Virus record (IMG/VR): IMGVR_UViG_2523533538_000001
Location: 1-29,646 of that record
DNA from: a virus
Direction: 5' to 3' (one strand)
DNA: 29,646 nucleotides
The stretch's first letter is position 1. Each line of letters starts with the position of its first letter. Shown here piece by piece: positions 23,646 through 29,646 of this stretch. Made by a program: the position numbers and the translations under genes. The notes under the pieces are model-generated. The model made no database searches. It worked only from the letters and a program-made list of their open reading frames with translations, and was not told the origin of the DNA.

Positions 23646-25681
23646 TGGGTTTAAATTCATGGTCAACTTATACCAGAGGAATGTCAAATATTGGTATAGG
23701 TATTAGGATTAAACATGGTAATTATGATATTAATAACAATAGAACATATGTTAATTGGGAAGTCTATGCATATCGTGTTGCTGGATATAACTGGTACGAA
23801 AACCCAACATCGTACATTAACTGTACAATTAATGGTTCAAAAGTAGTTAACAACAAAGCATGTTTAATCAATGTTTACAAACAGACTTCTCATACATTAG
23901 CAAGAGGCGGATTGTGGGTTGGCCATAATTCAGATGGGAAAAAAAGTATTAGATATAACTTTAGTTTAACTAAAGCTCCTTACCCTATTAATACAGGTAG
24001 TGTTTCTGGCACCTATGGCCTTCCTACTATACCTAGAGCATCTAGTATGTCAATCAGCAAATCAAGTATGAATTACGGAGATAGGGTTACTTTTAGTATT
24101 TCAAGAGCGAGTTCAAGATTCCAACATATTATTAACGGGAACTGGGGTGCTGGCTCAAAGAATATGATGAGTAAGAGAAGTGGTACAAGTTTCACTTGGA
24201 CTTTGCCTAACTCCTATATGAATAATATTCCTAATTCTACAAGCAAGAAAGCGACAATCTGGCTTGATACCTATAGTGGTGACAAAAAGATAGGGACAAA
24301 GACATATTACATTACTGGTAATGTCCCTAGCTCTGTAATTCCTACTGTGGACTCAATCACAGCTTACGATAGAAATGACATTTCAAGAAACCTAATGAAT
24401 GCTAGTAATCAATTTATTCAAGGTGTGTCTGACATCAGAATTGATAATAACGGTGGTAATGGTGTTTATGGGTCAAGTACAACCCAAAGACAGTTCGTTT
24501 CACCTAATGGTTCAACGGTTACCACATCTTCCTCGACATGGCAATATTTCTCTGGAATAACCAATGTAACTGGTACAAAAACACTAAGCACGAGAATTAA
24601 AGACTCTAGAGGTAGATGGAGCGCATGGAAAAATGTTAGTGTTACCATTTATGCTTACTCTGCTCCACAACTAAATAGTTTCAGTATCGCAAGACTTAGC
24701 GCAGGAACAACACTACAAATTAAAGCAAAAGGTTCTATATCGAGCCTGAACGGAAAGAATAGTTATAATTTGTGGGTTGATACTTCTGATAAAGGAAGGA
24801 ACTCATGGACAAATAGATATAATTATAAGACTGGAACAAGTTTTGATGTCACAGCTAATATATCTGGATCTTATGATGTTGCCAAGTCTTATGATATAAG
24901 AGTTAACTTGACGGACAAGTTAGGTAACACGCAAAGATTGACTAGCATAGGAACTATTAAGAAAATCTTAACAGTTCGAAGGAACATTGGTATTGGCATA
25001 GGAAAGATTCATGAACAAGGTGCTTTGGATGTAGGTGGAGACATCTATTTGAGTGGAAAGGTTTATGGAAGCCTTTATCCACAGTCTAATGTTACTGATG
25101 GAAATGCGGGGGCAAGTGCCTATCTTAGTGGGATTAGCCTTACTGAAGGGAATACACTTAGTGGGGTGCCTGAAGGGTATGGAGTTATCTTAAACAGTAA
25201 CTTAGGTGCCTATAGATTTAGTCAAACACTTATTTGTAGCTACACCAGTAACACTTATGTTAGACACTGGAGAGAGACAGAAAGGTGGACTAAGTGGTGT
25301 AAGGTTGCTACTGATGTGAATGATGTTGCCCCACAGGGTATGCCTGGCAGTTGGTTCAGAAATGGCTTTGGGGACTACTCATCGGGTCAAAGGTTATGGT
25401 TTAGAAGAGAAAACAAAACATGTTATCTTTATGGAACTATGAAAAATGATAGAGATTGGTCAGGTGGTACAGATAACATAGTTTTTGCCAATGTGCCTTC
25501 ACAACATAGACCGCCACATAAATCACCCAATTATGGGCAAGGAACTGGTACAAATACTTTTTACCAAGAAGTTAATAGTAGTGGAGATTGTCAGATTAGT
25601 AGGTATCAAAATGGTGGTAGCTATTCAACTTTAAAAAAAGGCTCATGGCTGAATATTAGTTTGTGTTGGCCAGTAGAGTAA
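23645..25681 (+). CDS. Baseplate / receptor-binding protein candidate (DUF859-like N-terminus)
   Basis: The ATG overlaps the Tal stop. 678 aa, rich in S/T/N/G. Assigned by position and by N-terminal resemblance to siphovirus DUF859 proteins. Confidence 0.6.
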   Translation: MGLNSWSTYTRGMSNIGIGIRIKHGNYDINNNRTYVNWEVYAYRVAGYNWYENPTSYINCTINGSKVVNNKACLINVYKQTSHTLARGGLWVGHNSDGKKSIRYNFSLTKAPYPINTGSVSGTYGLPTIPRASSMSISKSSMNYGDRVTFSISRASSRFQHIINGNWGAGSKNMMSKRSGTSFTWTLPNSYMNNIPNSTSKKATIWLDTYSGDKKIGTKTYYITGNVPSSVIPTVDSITAYDRNDISRNLMNASNQFIQGVSDIRIDNNGGNGVYGSSTTQRQFVSPNGSTVTTSSSTWQYFSGITNVTGTKTLSTRIKDSRGRWSAWKNVSVTIYAYSAPQLNSFSIARLSAGTTLQIKAKGSISSLNGKNSYNLWVDTSDKGRNSWTNRYNYKTGTSFDVTANISGSYDVAKSYDIRVNLTDKLGNTQRLTSIGTIKKILTVRRNIGIGIGKIHEQGALDVGGDIYLSGKVYGSLYPQSNVTDGNAGASAYLSGISLTEGNTLSGVPEGYGVILNSNLGAYRFSQTLICSYTSNTYVRHWRETERWTKWCKVATDVNDVAPQGMPGSWFRNGFGDYSSGQRLWFRRENKTCYLYGTMKNDRDWSGGTDNIVFANVPSQHRPPHKSPNYGQGTGTNTFYQEVNSSGDCQISRYQNGGSYSTLKKGSWLNISLCWPVE

Positions 25682-25696
25682 GAGGAGTGAAAATAA

Positions 25697-26005
25697 ATGA
25701 TTAAGATTCAATCAGAAAATGATACATTTTTTGAAGGACAAGCACCAATGACATTGATTACTTTTAGTTGCGATGCATTATTTAGACTAAAATCGATGAC
25801 TGGTTACTTGGAAGTTGAGCAAGCGACTTGGAAGAAATTGAATGGGGAAGAAAAACAAGCGTATGTGTTGGGGGAGATTAAGAAAGATTTGTTTCCTGAG
25901 CCGTTTAATGTGGAGAAGTTGGAGGAATTGCGTGTTCAAGTAGCAGAAGGACAAGCAGAAATGATGACAATGATCAGCGAATTGTTAAGAGGGGGACAAG
26001 AATGA
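25697..26005 (+). CDS. Hypothetical protein (102 aa)
   Basis: AGAGGAG upstream of the ATG. Lies between the tail-fibre genes and the lysis genes. Confidence 0.65.
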   Translation: MIKIQSENDTFFEGQAPMTLITFSCDALFRLKSMTGYLEVEQATWKKLNGEEKQAYVLGEIKKDLFPEPFNVEKLEELRVQVAEGQAEMMTMISELLRGGQE

Positions 26006-26136
26006 CTTTTACAAAAGATAGTGCAATTGTGAAGAGTTATGTGTTCTTAATTAAAAGAGAATTGAGAACACTAGACAATGTTCCTAAAGTTTTCAATTTG
26101 TATGAAGTGGTTGAAGAGATTATAAACGAGTTGTAA
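26002..26136 (+). CDS. Small hypothetical protein (44 aa), not in the ORF track
   Basis: ATGA overlap with the upstream stop. Sequence MTFTKDSAIVKSYVFLIKRELRTLDNVPKVFNLYEVVEEIINEL. Small ORFs of this kind commonly precede holin genes. Confidence 0.45.
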   Translation: MTFTKDSAIVKSYVFLIKRELRTLDNVPKVFNLYEVVEEIINEL

Positions 26137-26168
26137 AACTCAAATTTTATAAAGTAAGAAGTTTTAAG

Positions 26169-26197
26169 AGATCAGTGAAAACTGGTCTTTTTATTTT
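26169..26197 (+). terminator. Hairpin (GAAA loop) + T-run before the lysis cassette
   Basis: agatcagt / actggtct stem, then ttttatttt. It overlaps the GTG 26175 start proposed in the ORF track. Confidence 0.55.
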
Positions 26198-26225
26198 GTG
26201 GCGAGATGGCGGTGATCAGAGGCAG

Positions 26226-26609
26226 ATGTTAAATAAATTATTAGAAGTAAATAGTGTAATTCTTTCTATTTTTGGAATGGGAGTTTTTACGATCCTTTGG
26301 AAGGGATTGAGCGTTATCACTAAAGCTATGAAAGATAAAGCAGAAGCTAAAAAAAAGATAGCAGACAACACTGAAAGCCGTTTTAAAAATATTGAAGATG
26401 GCATGGTAGCAATGTTACATAGTCGAATATACAAGATGTGCAGTGAATATTTAAATGATGGATGGATTAGCTTTGATGATTTAGATGATTTAGATTACTT
26501 ATTTAAGTCGTACAAAGCACTGGGCGGAAATGGCACAGGTGAAACCATTTACAACAAAGTCAAGGATTTACCAAACAATCAAAGGGGAGAAAATAATGAT
26601 GTTGAGTAA
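26226..26609 (+). CDS. Membrane protein with one N-terminal TM segment, putative holin / lysis accessory protein
   Basis: ATG 26226 is the first start downstream of the terminator. TM segment VILSIFGMGVFTILWKGLSVI, followed by a soluble domain with a YKALGGNGTG motif. It overlaps the next holin gene. Confidence 0.55.
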   Translation: MLNKLLEVNSVILSIFGMGVFTILWKGLSVITKAMKDKAEAKKKIADNTESRFKNIEDGMVAMLHSRIYKMCSEYLNDGWISFDDLDDLDYLFKSYKALGGNGTGETIYNKVKDLPNNQRGENNDVE

Positions 26610-26799
26610 TAAAGCATATGACACATTAAAATGGATTGTCGTGTATTTAGTACCTAGCTTAGCCACTTTTGTAGGTGCAATAGGCGCTAGTTTAAACTGG
26701 GATCAAACAACAGTTGTAGTAACTATAATCACTGCCACAGGGGCATTTTTAGGTGGTTTGATTGGTTACAGCAACAAGCAATACAACAAAGAACAATAA
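26596..26799 (+). CDS. Holin (Dp-1 family-like, 67 aa, two TM segments)
   Basis: AAGGGGAG (26582-26589) lies 6 nt before ATG 26596. MMLSNKAYDTLKWIVVYLVPSLATFVGAIG... resembles the Dp-1 holin N-terminus (LSNKQYD...). Confidence 0.75.
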   Translation: MMLSNKAYDTLKWIVVYLVPSLATFVGAIGASLNWDQTTVVVTIITATGAFLGGLIGYSNKQYNKEQ

Positions 26800-26877
26800 G
26801 CACAATTAAATATTACTGATAAGAACACATGACTGTAAAAGTTGTGTGTTTTTTGTTTTAAAGAGGGAGAGAATGAA

Positions 26878-27762
26878 ATGGGAATAAATATGGAAACGGC
26901 TATTAATTACATGTACTCTTTAAAAAACAGAGGTATTAGATACTCTATGACTGGTTCAAGGACTGGCTCAGATGGTACTGGAGATTGTTCTGGAACTATC
27001 TATCAAGGTTTAAGAAACGGTGGAGCAAGCAATGCAGGTTGGGTGTTAAACACTGATAGTATGCACTCATGGTTGGAAAAGAATGGTTTTCAAAACATTG
27101 CCACAAACAAATCATGGACTGCTAAAAGAGGAGATATAGTTATTTTTGGTAAAAAAGGTGCTAGTGGTGGAGCAGCTGGGCATATTGTAATCTTTATAAG
27201 CAATACACAGATTATACATTGTACTTGGAAAAGCAGCACTAGAAACGGTGTGTATGTAGACAATGAAGCAAGTACATGTCCTTATAGCATGGGTTGGTAT
27301 GTTTATAGATTAAAAAATCAAAGCAAGCCTAAACCACAACCATCTAAAAAGTCTAATAACACAATTGTTAATGAAGTAATCGCAGGTAAATGGGGTAGTG
27401 GAACAGACAGAACAGCTAAACTAAAAAAGGCTGGGTATGATGCTAGTGCTATTCAAAAACTTGTTAATCAAAAGTTGAATGTTAAGACACCTAAGCCAGC
27501 ACCTGCTAAATCTACTAATTGGATTAAAGAGAAAGCAAGTTTCACACCTAATACTACTATTAATGTCAGAGACAAAGCATCTACAAGCGGTAAAGTAGTT
27601 GCTACATATCATAAAGGCGAAAAAGTCTATTATGACATGTTCAAACATGATGGTGGCTATGTGTGGATTAGTTATGTAAGTTCAAGCGGTAAACGCAGAT
27701 ACATGGCAACAGGAAACTCTAAAAATGGTAAGCGCACTAGCTCATGGGGAACATTCAAATAG
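26878..27762 (+). CDS. Endolysin: Amidase_5 (Pal-like) + one CW_7 (Cpl-7) repeat + SH3_5 cell-wall-binding domain
   Basis: GAGGGAGAG upstream of ATG 26878. YSMTGSRTGSDGTGDCSGTIYQGLRNGGAS...GHIVIF resembles the Dp-1 Pal amidase. VIAGKWGSGTDRTAKLKKAGYDASAIQKLVN is a CW_7 motif. The C-terminal YVWISYVSSSGKRRYMATG...WGTFK is SH3_5-like. Confidence 0.9.
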   Translation: MGINMETAINYMYSLKNRGIRYSMTGSRTGSDGTGDCSGTIYQGLRNGGASNAGWVLNTDSMHSWLEKNGFQNIATNKSWTAKRGDIVIFGKKGASGGAAGHIVIFISNTQIIHCTWKSSTRNGVYVDNEASTCPYSMGWYVYRLKNQSKPKPQPSKKSNNTIVNEVIAGKWGSGTDRTAKLKKAGYDASAIQKLVNQKLNVKTPKPAPAKSTNWIKEKASFTPNTTINVRDKASTSGKVVATYHKGEKVYYDMFKHDGGYVWISYVSSSGKRRYMATGNSKNGKRTSSWGTFK

Positions 27763-27783
27763 ACTGAAGAAGGAAGATTGAGA

Positions 27784-27924
27784 TTGAGCCAAATCGAGGA
27801 ATATATCAAACAACGATCTGAAGAATCAGAAGAGTTTAAAATAGCTTATGAAGAAGAGTGTAGAAGATTAGACGCTGAAGATGCAGAATGGGAAATCAGA
27901 TCAAAAGCGGATCAAAACTATTGA
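27784..27924 (+). CDS. Doubtful small ORF (46 aa, TTG start), possibly a remnant of an HTH/antitoxin-type gene N-terminus
   Basis: AAGGAAG (27770-27776) upstream. Sequence SQIEEYIKQRSEESEEFKIAYEEECRRLDAEDAEW... Its stop TGA 27922-27924 overlaps the -35 box of the toxI-like promoter. Confidence 0.25.
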   Translation: MSQIEEYIKQRSEESEEFKIAYEEECRRLDAEDAEWEIRSKADQNY

Positions 27925-27949
27925 CTGGATTTTAAGCTTATAGTATACT
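27921..27949 (+). promoter_or_regulatory. Promoter of the type III TA cassette
   Basis: TTGACT (27921-27926), 17-nt spacer, TATACT (27944-27949). Confidence 0.7.
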
Positions 27950-27960
27950 ATGAGTATAGA

Positions 27961-28064
27961 TGGAGTAGCCAAGCCACAGTTGGTAATTGATAAAAATGGA
28001 GTAGCTGAGCCATAGTCAGCAGTTGATAAAATTGGAGTATCCAAGCCATAGTTGGAATTGATAG
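27961..28064 (+). ncRNA. toxI: Type III antitoxin-like RNA: 2.9 tandem repeats of 36 nt (ToxI/antiQ-like)
   Basis: Units at 27961-27996, 27997-28032 and 28033-28064. They are head-to-tail with no spacers. R1 and R2 are identical at 28/36 positions, and the stem differences are compensatory. The array lies between a promoter and a terminator, directly upstream of a ToxN-like ORF. Confidence 0.8.
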
Positions 28065-28096
28065 GGGCTGCTCTTAATGAGCAGTCCTTTTTATTT
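28065..28096 (+). terminator. Terminator/attenuator between the repeat RNA and the toxin gene
   Basis: gggctgctc / gagcagtcc stem (9 bp, one G-U) with loop ttaat, then tttttattt. The toxin SD AAGGAG follows immediately. Confidence 0.75.
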
Positions 28097-28107
28097 AAGG
28101 AGATTAT

Positions 28108-28638
28108 ATGGACAGTTCTTTTCACTTTTATACTATTAAGGATGAGTATGTACAATATTTGCGTAAATTTGATAGTAAAGTTCATTATCAATACAAAGAT
28201 AATGCTAGTACATATGTTGGGATTGTTTTAGTAAAAAACAATTTTAATTATTTTGTTCCTTTATCAAGTTATTCAAAAAAGAATCCTACTAAAGATAAAA
28301 GAATGAAAGAAAGAGACAGGATTGTCATTAGATTATTTGAATTAGGAAACTTAAATAATCCTTTAGGTTATCTTTTGTTTAATAATATGATACCTGTACC
28401 AAACAGCGAATTGCTACCTATAGTATTGGATTTAAGTATATCTAAGCATAAGATGATGAGTAAACAAATAATTTTTATGAAAGCTATAAACGATAAAATT
28501 CACAATAAAGCTGAAACTGTTTATCGTAAGTCTGTATTTGATAAGGATAAATATTATGTAAATTTTTGTTGTGACTTTAAAATTTTAGAAGCGAAGGCTA
28601 TATTATATACAAAAGGTTTAGATGAAAAACAACAATAA
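28108..28638 (+). CDS. toxN: ToxN/AbiQ-family type III toxin (endoribonuclease), 176 aa
   Basis: AAGGAG lies 5 nt before the ATG. N-terminus FHFYTIKDEYVQYLRKFDSKV...STYVGIVL...NYFVPLSS closely resembles FYTIS.KYIEYLKEFDDKV...IGIVL...YLAPLTS of ToxN, and AbiQ. Size is typical (~170 aa). Confidence 0.85.
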   Translation: MDSSFHFYTIKDEYVQYLRKFDSKVHYQYKDNASTYVGIVLVKNNFNYFVPLSSYSKKNPTKDKRMKERDRIVIRLFELGNLNNPLGYLLFNNMIPVPNSELLPIVLDLSISKHKMMSKQIIFMKAINDKIHNKAETVYRKSVFDKDKYYVNFCCDFKILEAKAILYTKGLDEKQQ

Positions 28639-28655
28639 TCTAGTAAAGTTATAAG

Positions 28656-28687
28656 ACTCAACTGAAAAGTTGGGTATTCTTGATTTT
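28656..28687 (+). terminator. Terminator after the toxin gene
   Basis: actcaact / agttgggt stem (8 bp, one G-U) with GAAA loop, followed by a T-rich tail attcttgatttt. Confidence 0.55.
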
Positions 28688-28746
28688 CACTAGAAAATTG
28701 TTTTTTAGTCAACTAAGTAGCGAAGATATATTACTTGTAAGAATAA

Positions 28747-28780
28747 GACTAGAGATAAATTTATCTCTGGTCTTTTTTTT
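28747..28780 (+). terminator. Strong second terminator (insulator between the TA cassette and the next moron)
   Basis: gactagagat / atctctggtc stem (10 bp, one G-U) followed by a run of 8 T. Confidence 0.7.
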
Positions 28781-28868
28781 GTGCAGTTTTCATTGTGAAT
28801 ACTTTTGCTTTTCACTCTATTAACAGATAGAATATAATTGAAATAAAAAATAAGGAGTGGATAAGCAA

Positions 28869-29285
28869 ATGACAAGCAGTATATCAAGTGAAAAACTAGA
28901 GAATATCAATAGGTATAGAAAAAAGTTTGATGAGTTATTTATTAAACAAGGTGAAGAGTTAGAACAAATAATAAACGAGACTTCTGACGACTACAAAATA
29001 TTAATTGAAAACGATATACCGTTTCATTTATTAATACAAGAATCTGTTAGAAACTACATTTTTATAGGTGATATTTCTTTTAATGGGAATAAGGAATCAC
29101 TTTTCTTTGATGCAGGAGATGGGAGATTTCGCATAATTGATTCAAAAACTGTAATATCAATTAGAAAGGTTATTGAATGTAATTTATTCTCAGAGGCTAA
29201 GTTAGCAATCTCAAACCCAGAAAAATTTGTAGATGAATACGAAGAGTTCATAACTAAAAAATATGCAGTTGATAGCAGAGCTTAG
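28869..29285 (+). CDS. Hypothetical cytoplasmic protein (138 aa from ATG 28869), orphan accessory gene
   Basis: AAGGAG (28852-28857) lies 11 nt before ATG 28869, whereas the GTG 28857 of the track overlaps the SD itself. It has its own TATAAT (28833-28838) and its own terminator. No family recognised. Confidence 0.65.
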   Translation: MTSSISSEKLENINRYRKKFDELFIKQGEELEQIINETSDDYKILIENDIPFHLLIQESVRNYIFIGDISFNGNKESLFFDAGDGRFRIIDSKTVISIRKVIECNLFSEAKLAISNPEKFVDEYEEFITKKYAVDSRA

Positions 29286-29309
29286 AATTGGTTTTAAAAT
29301 TTAGGTTTT

Positions 29310-29336
29310 AGAACTACTGAAAAGTAGTTCTTTTTT
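29310..29336 (+). terminator. Terminator after the orphan gene
   Basis: agaactact / agtagttct stem (9 bp perfect) with GAAA loop, then ttttt. Confidence 0.75.
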
Positions 29337-29438
29337 GTGCATAAAAGTTATAATTTGGACATTCACAAAATACAATATATAATAATGATAAAACACGAAC
29401 ATTACCCCTCAATCCTGTTGGGTACCCCACATAGATTC

Positions 29439-29467
29439 TACACAAAAACAGCTAAATTTGGTATAAT
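29439..29467 (+). promoter_or_regulatory. Extended -10 promoter pointing toward the right att repeat
   Basis: TACACA (29439-29444), 17-nt spacer, TG-g-TATAAT (29459-29467). Confidence 0.5.
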
Positions 29468-29552
29468 AGACACAAGGTATGAAAAGTGAAATATTTATTT
29501 ATTTTATTGTAACTTGCCAAACCTCAAAAAACATTGCTATATCAACATTTAA

Positions 29553-29646
29553 ATGGGTTGTCCTCTCGCAGATATTATTACAGATGAAATCCATCGGGCG
29601 CTTAAAAAAGTGCCAGAGGTCAAAAGTTCTGATGTGAAACTTGTGT
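29553..29646 (+). pseudogene. Phage-borne internal fragment of the DUF59/SufT-like frame (MGCPLADIITDEIHRA + core), runs off the right edge
   Basis: The frame starts right after an in-frame TAA (29550-29552). MGCPLA is the conserved DUF59 motif. Joined through the 46-nt repeat to 47-117 it forms one continuous 54-codon frame. Confidence 0.6.
29601..29646. repeat. Right copy of the 46-nt direct repeat (attR core or circular overlap)
   Basis: Identical to 1-46. Confidence 0.75.

Larger units (their letters stand above)
1..29646 (+). mobile_element. Temperate siphovirus-type prophage (complete; or circular phage genome opened at attP) with HK97-like cos-type head module
   Basis: Uninterrupted co-directional order: integrase / early genes / HNH-TerS-TerL / portal-protease-capsid / connectors / tail / holins-endolysin / accessory genes. 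Bounded by identical 46-nt direct repeats at both window edges. Confidence 0.9.

Noticed and set aside
19017-25681. Diversity-generating retroelement or other targeted hypervariation system in the fibre/RBP genes
   Set aside because: No reverse-transcriptase-like ORF is present anywhere in the window. I could find no template/variable repeat pair at the nucleotide level. The repeated modules are similar only at short amino-acid boundary motifs.
26175-26225. GTG 26175 as the start of the first holin-like gene
   Set aside because: The first 17 codons would lie inside a terminator hairpin and T-run (26169-26197) and there is no RBS. ATG 26226 is the first start after the structure.
27961-28064. 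Possible CRISPR array
   Set aside because: The 36-nt units are directly abutting with no spacers. There are only 2.9 copies, no cas genes are present, and a ToxN-like gene follows. This is a type III antitoxin-like array.
27901-28191. 96-aa minus-strand ORF with an internally repetitive peptide overlapping the 36-nt repeats
   Set aside because: The peptide repetition (..YGLDTPILSTADYGSATPFLSITNCGLATPS..) is simply the translation of the tandem DNA repeat. The region has promoter, terminator and compensatory-change features of a + strand RNA gene. The ORF also runs through the toxN start.
553-29251. All minus-strand ORFs in the track (e.g. 553-738, 1205-1411, 1417-1695, 3085-3375, 3416-3703, 10839-11162, 16400-16663, 21617-21952, 29054-29251)
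   Set aside because: Each is embedded antisense to, or straddles the junction of, longer + strand ORFs with recognisable phage function or good RBS. None has a plausible SD. Their products are low-complexity (S/F/L/I-rich), as expected from the complement of AT-rich, K/E-rich coding sequence.
29479-29635. 52-codon ORF (MKSEIFIYFIVTCQTS...) downstream of the right-end promoter, crossing into the att core in the +1 frame relative to the SufT-like frame
   Set aside because: The AAGG lies only 1 nt from the ATG. The frame overlaps the conserved DUF59 frame and would be split by integration. It is probably not translated, and it is mentioned only in connection with the promoter finding.
1-29646. 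Alternative genetic code (TGA = Trp, Mollicutes-like), considered because of the very low GC
   Set aside because: Several well-supported genes terminate at TGA with properly spaced downstream starts (e.g. TerS 7287-7289, connector 12654-12656, 13622-13624). Standard code 11 gives contiguous full-length phage proteins.

Overview
The window is essentially one complete ~29.6-kb temperate siphovirus-type prophage, or its circular form opened at attP. The host looks like a low-GC Gram-positive, with Lactobacillales-like lysin and holin types. Identical 46-nt direct repeats (1-46 and 29601-29646) delimit it, and they lie inside the 3' end of a DUF59/SufT-like gene. Every credible gene is on the + strand.

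Layout, left to right:
- Tyrosine integrase plus a very acidic ORF (266-1658).
- A ~760-bp ORF-free control region with iteron-like repeats and a perfect consensus promoter.
- A small early module (2419-6037) with no repressor, Cro or replication enzyme that I can recognise.
- A duplicated promoter/terminator unit.
- HNH, TerS and TerL, then HK97-type portal, protease and capsid.
- Connectors, major tail protein, and a G/GT chaperone with a -1 frameshift.
- Tape measure, Dit, a 1542-aa Tal/fibre and an RBP-like protein.
- Two holin-like genes and an Amidase_5 / CW_7 / SH3_5 endolysin.

The accessory region lies between the lysin and the right att repeat and holds the most interesting content. 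It carries a type III toxin-antitoxin / abortive-infection cassette: a promoter, 2.9 x 36-nt RNA repeats with compensatory base changes, a terminator, and a ToxN/AbiQ-like toxin. An orphan promoter-ORF-terminator moron of unknown function follows it.

I saw no rRNA, tRNA, CRISPR array, transposase or reverse transcriptase. All family assignments are by-eye motif recognition from memory, not database searches. Coordinates of small motifs were counted by hand.
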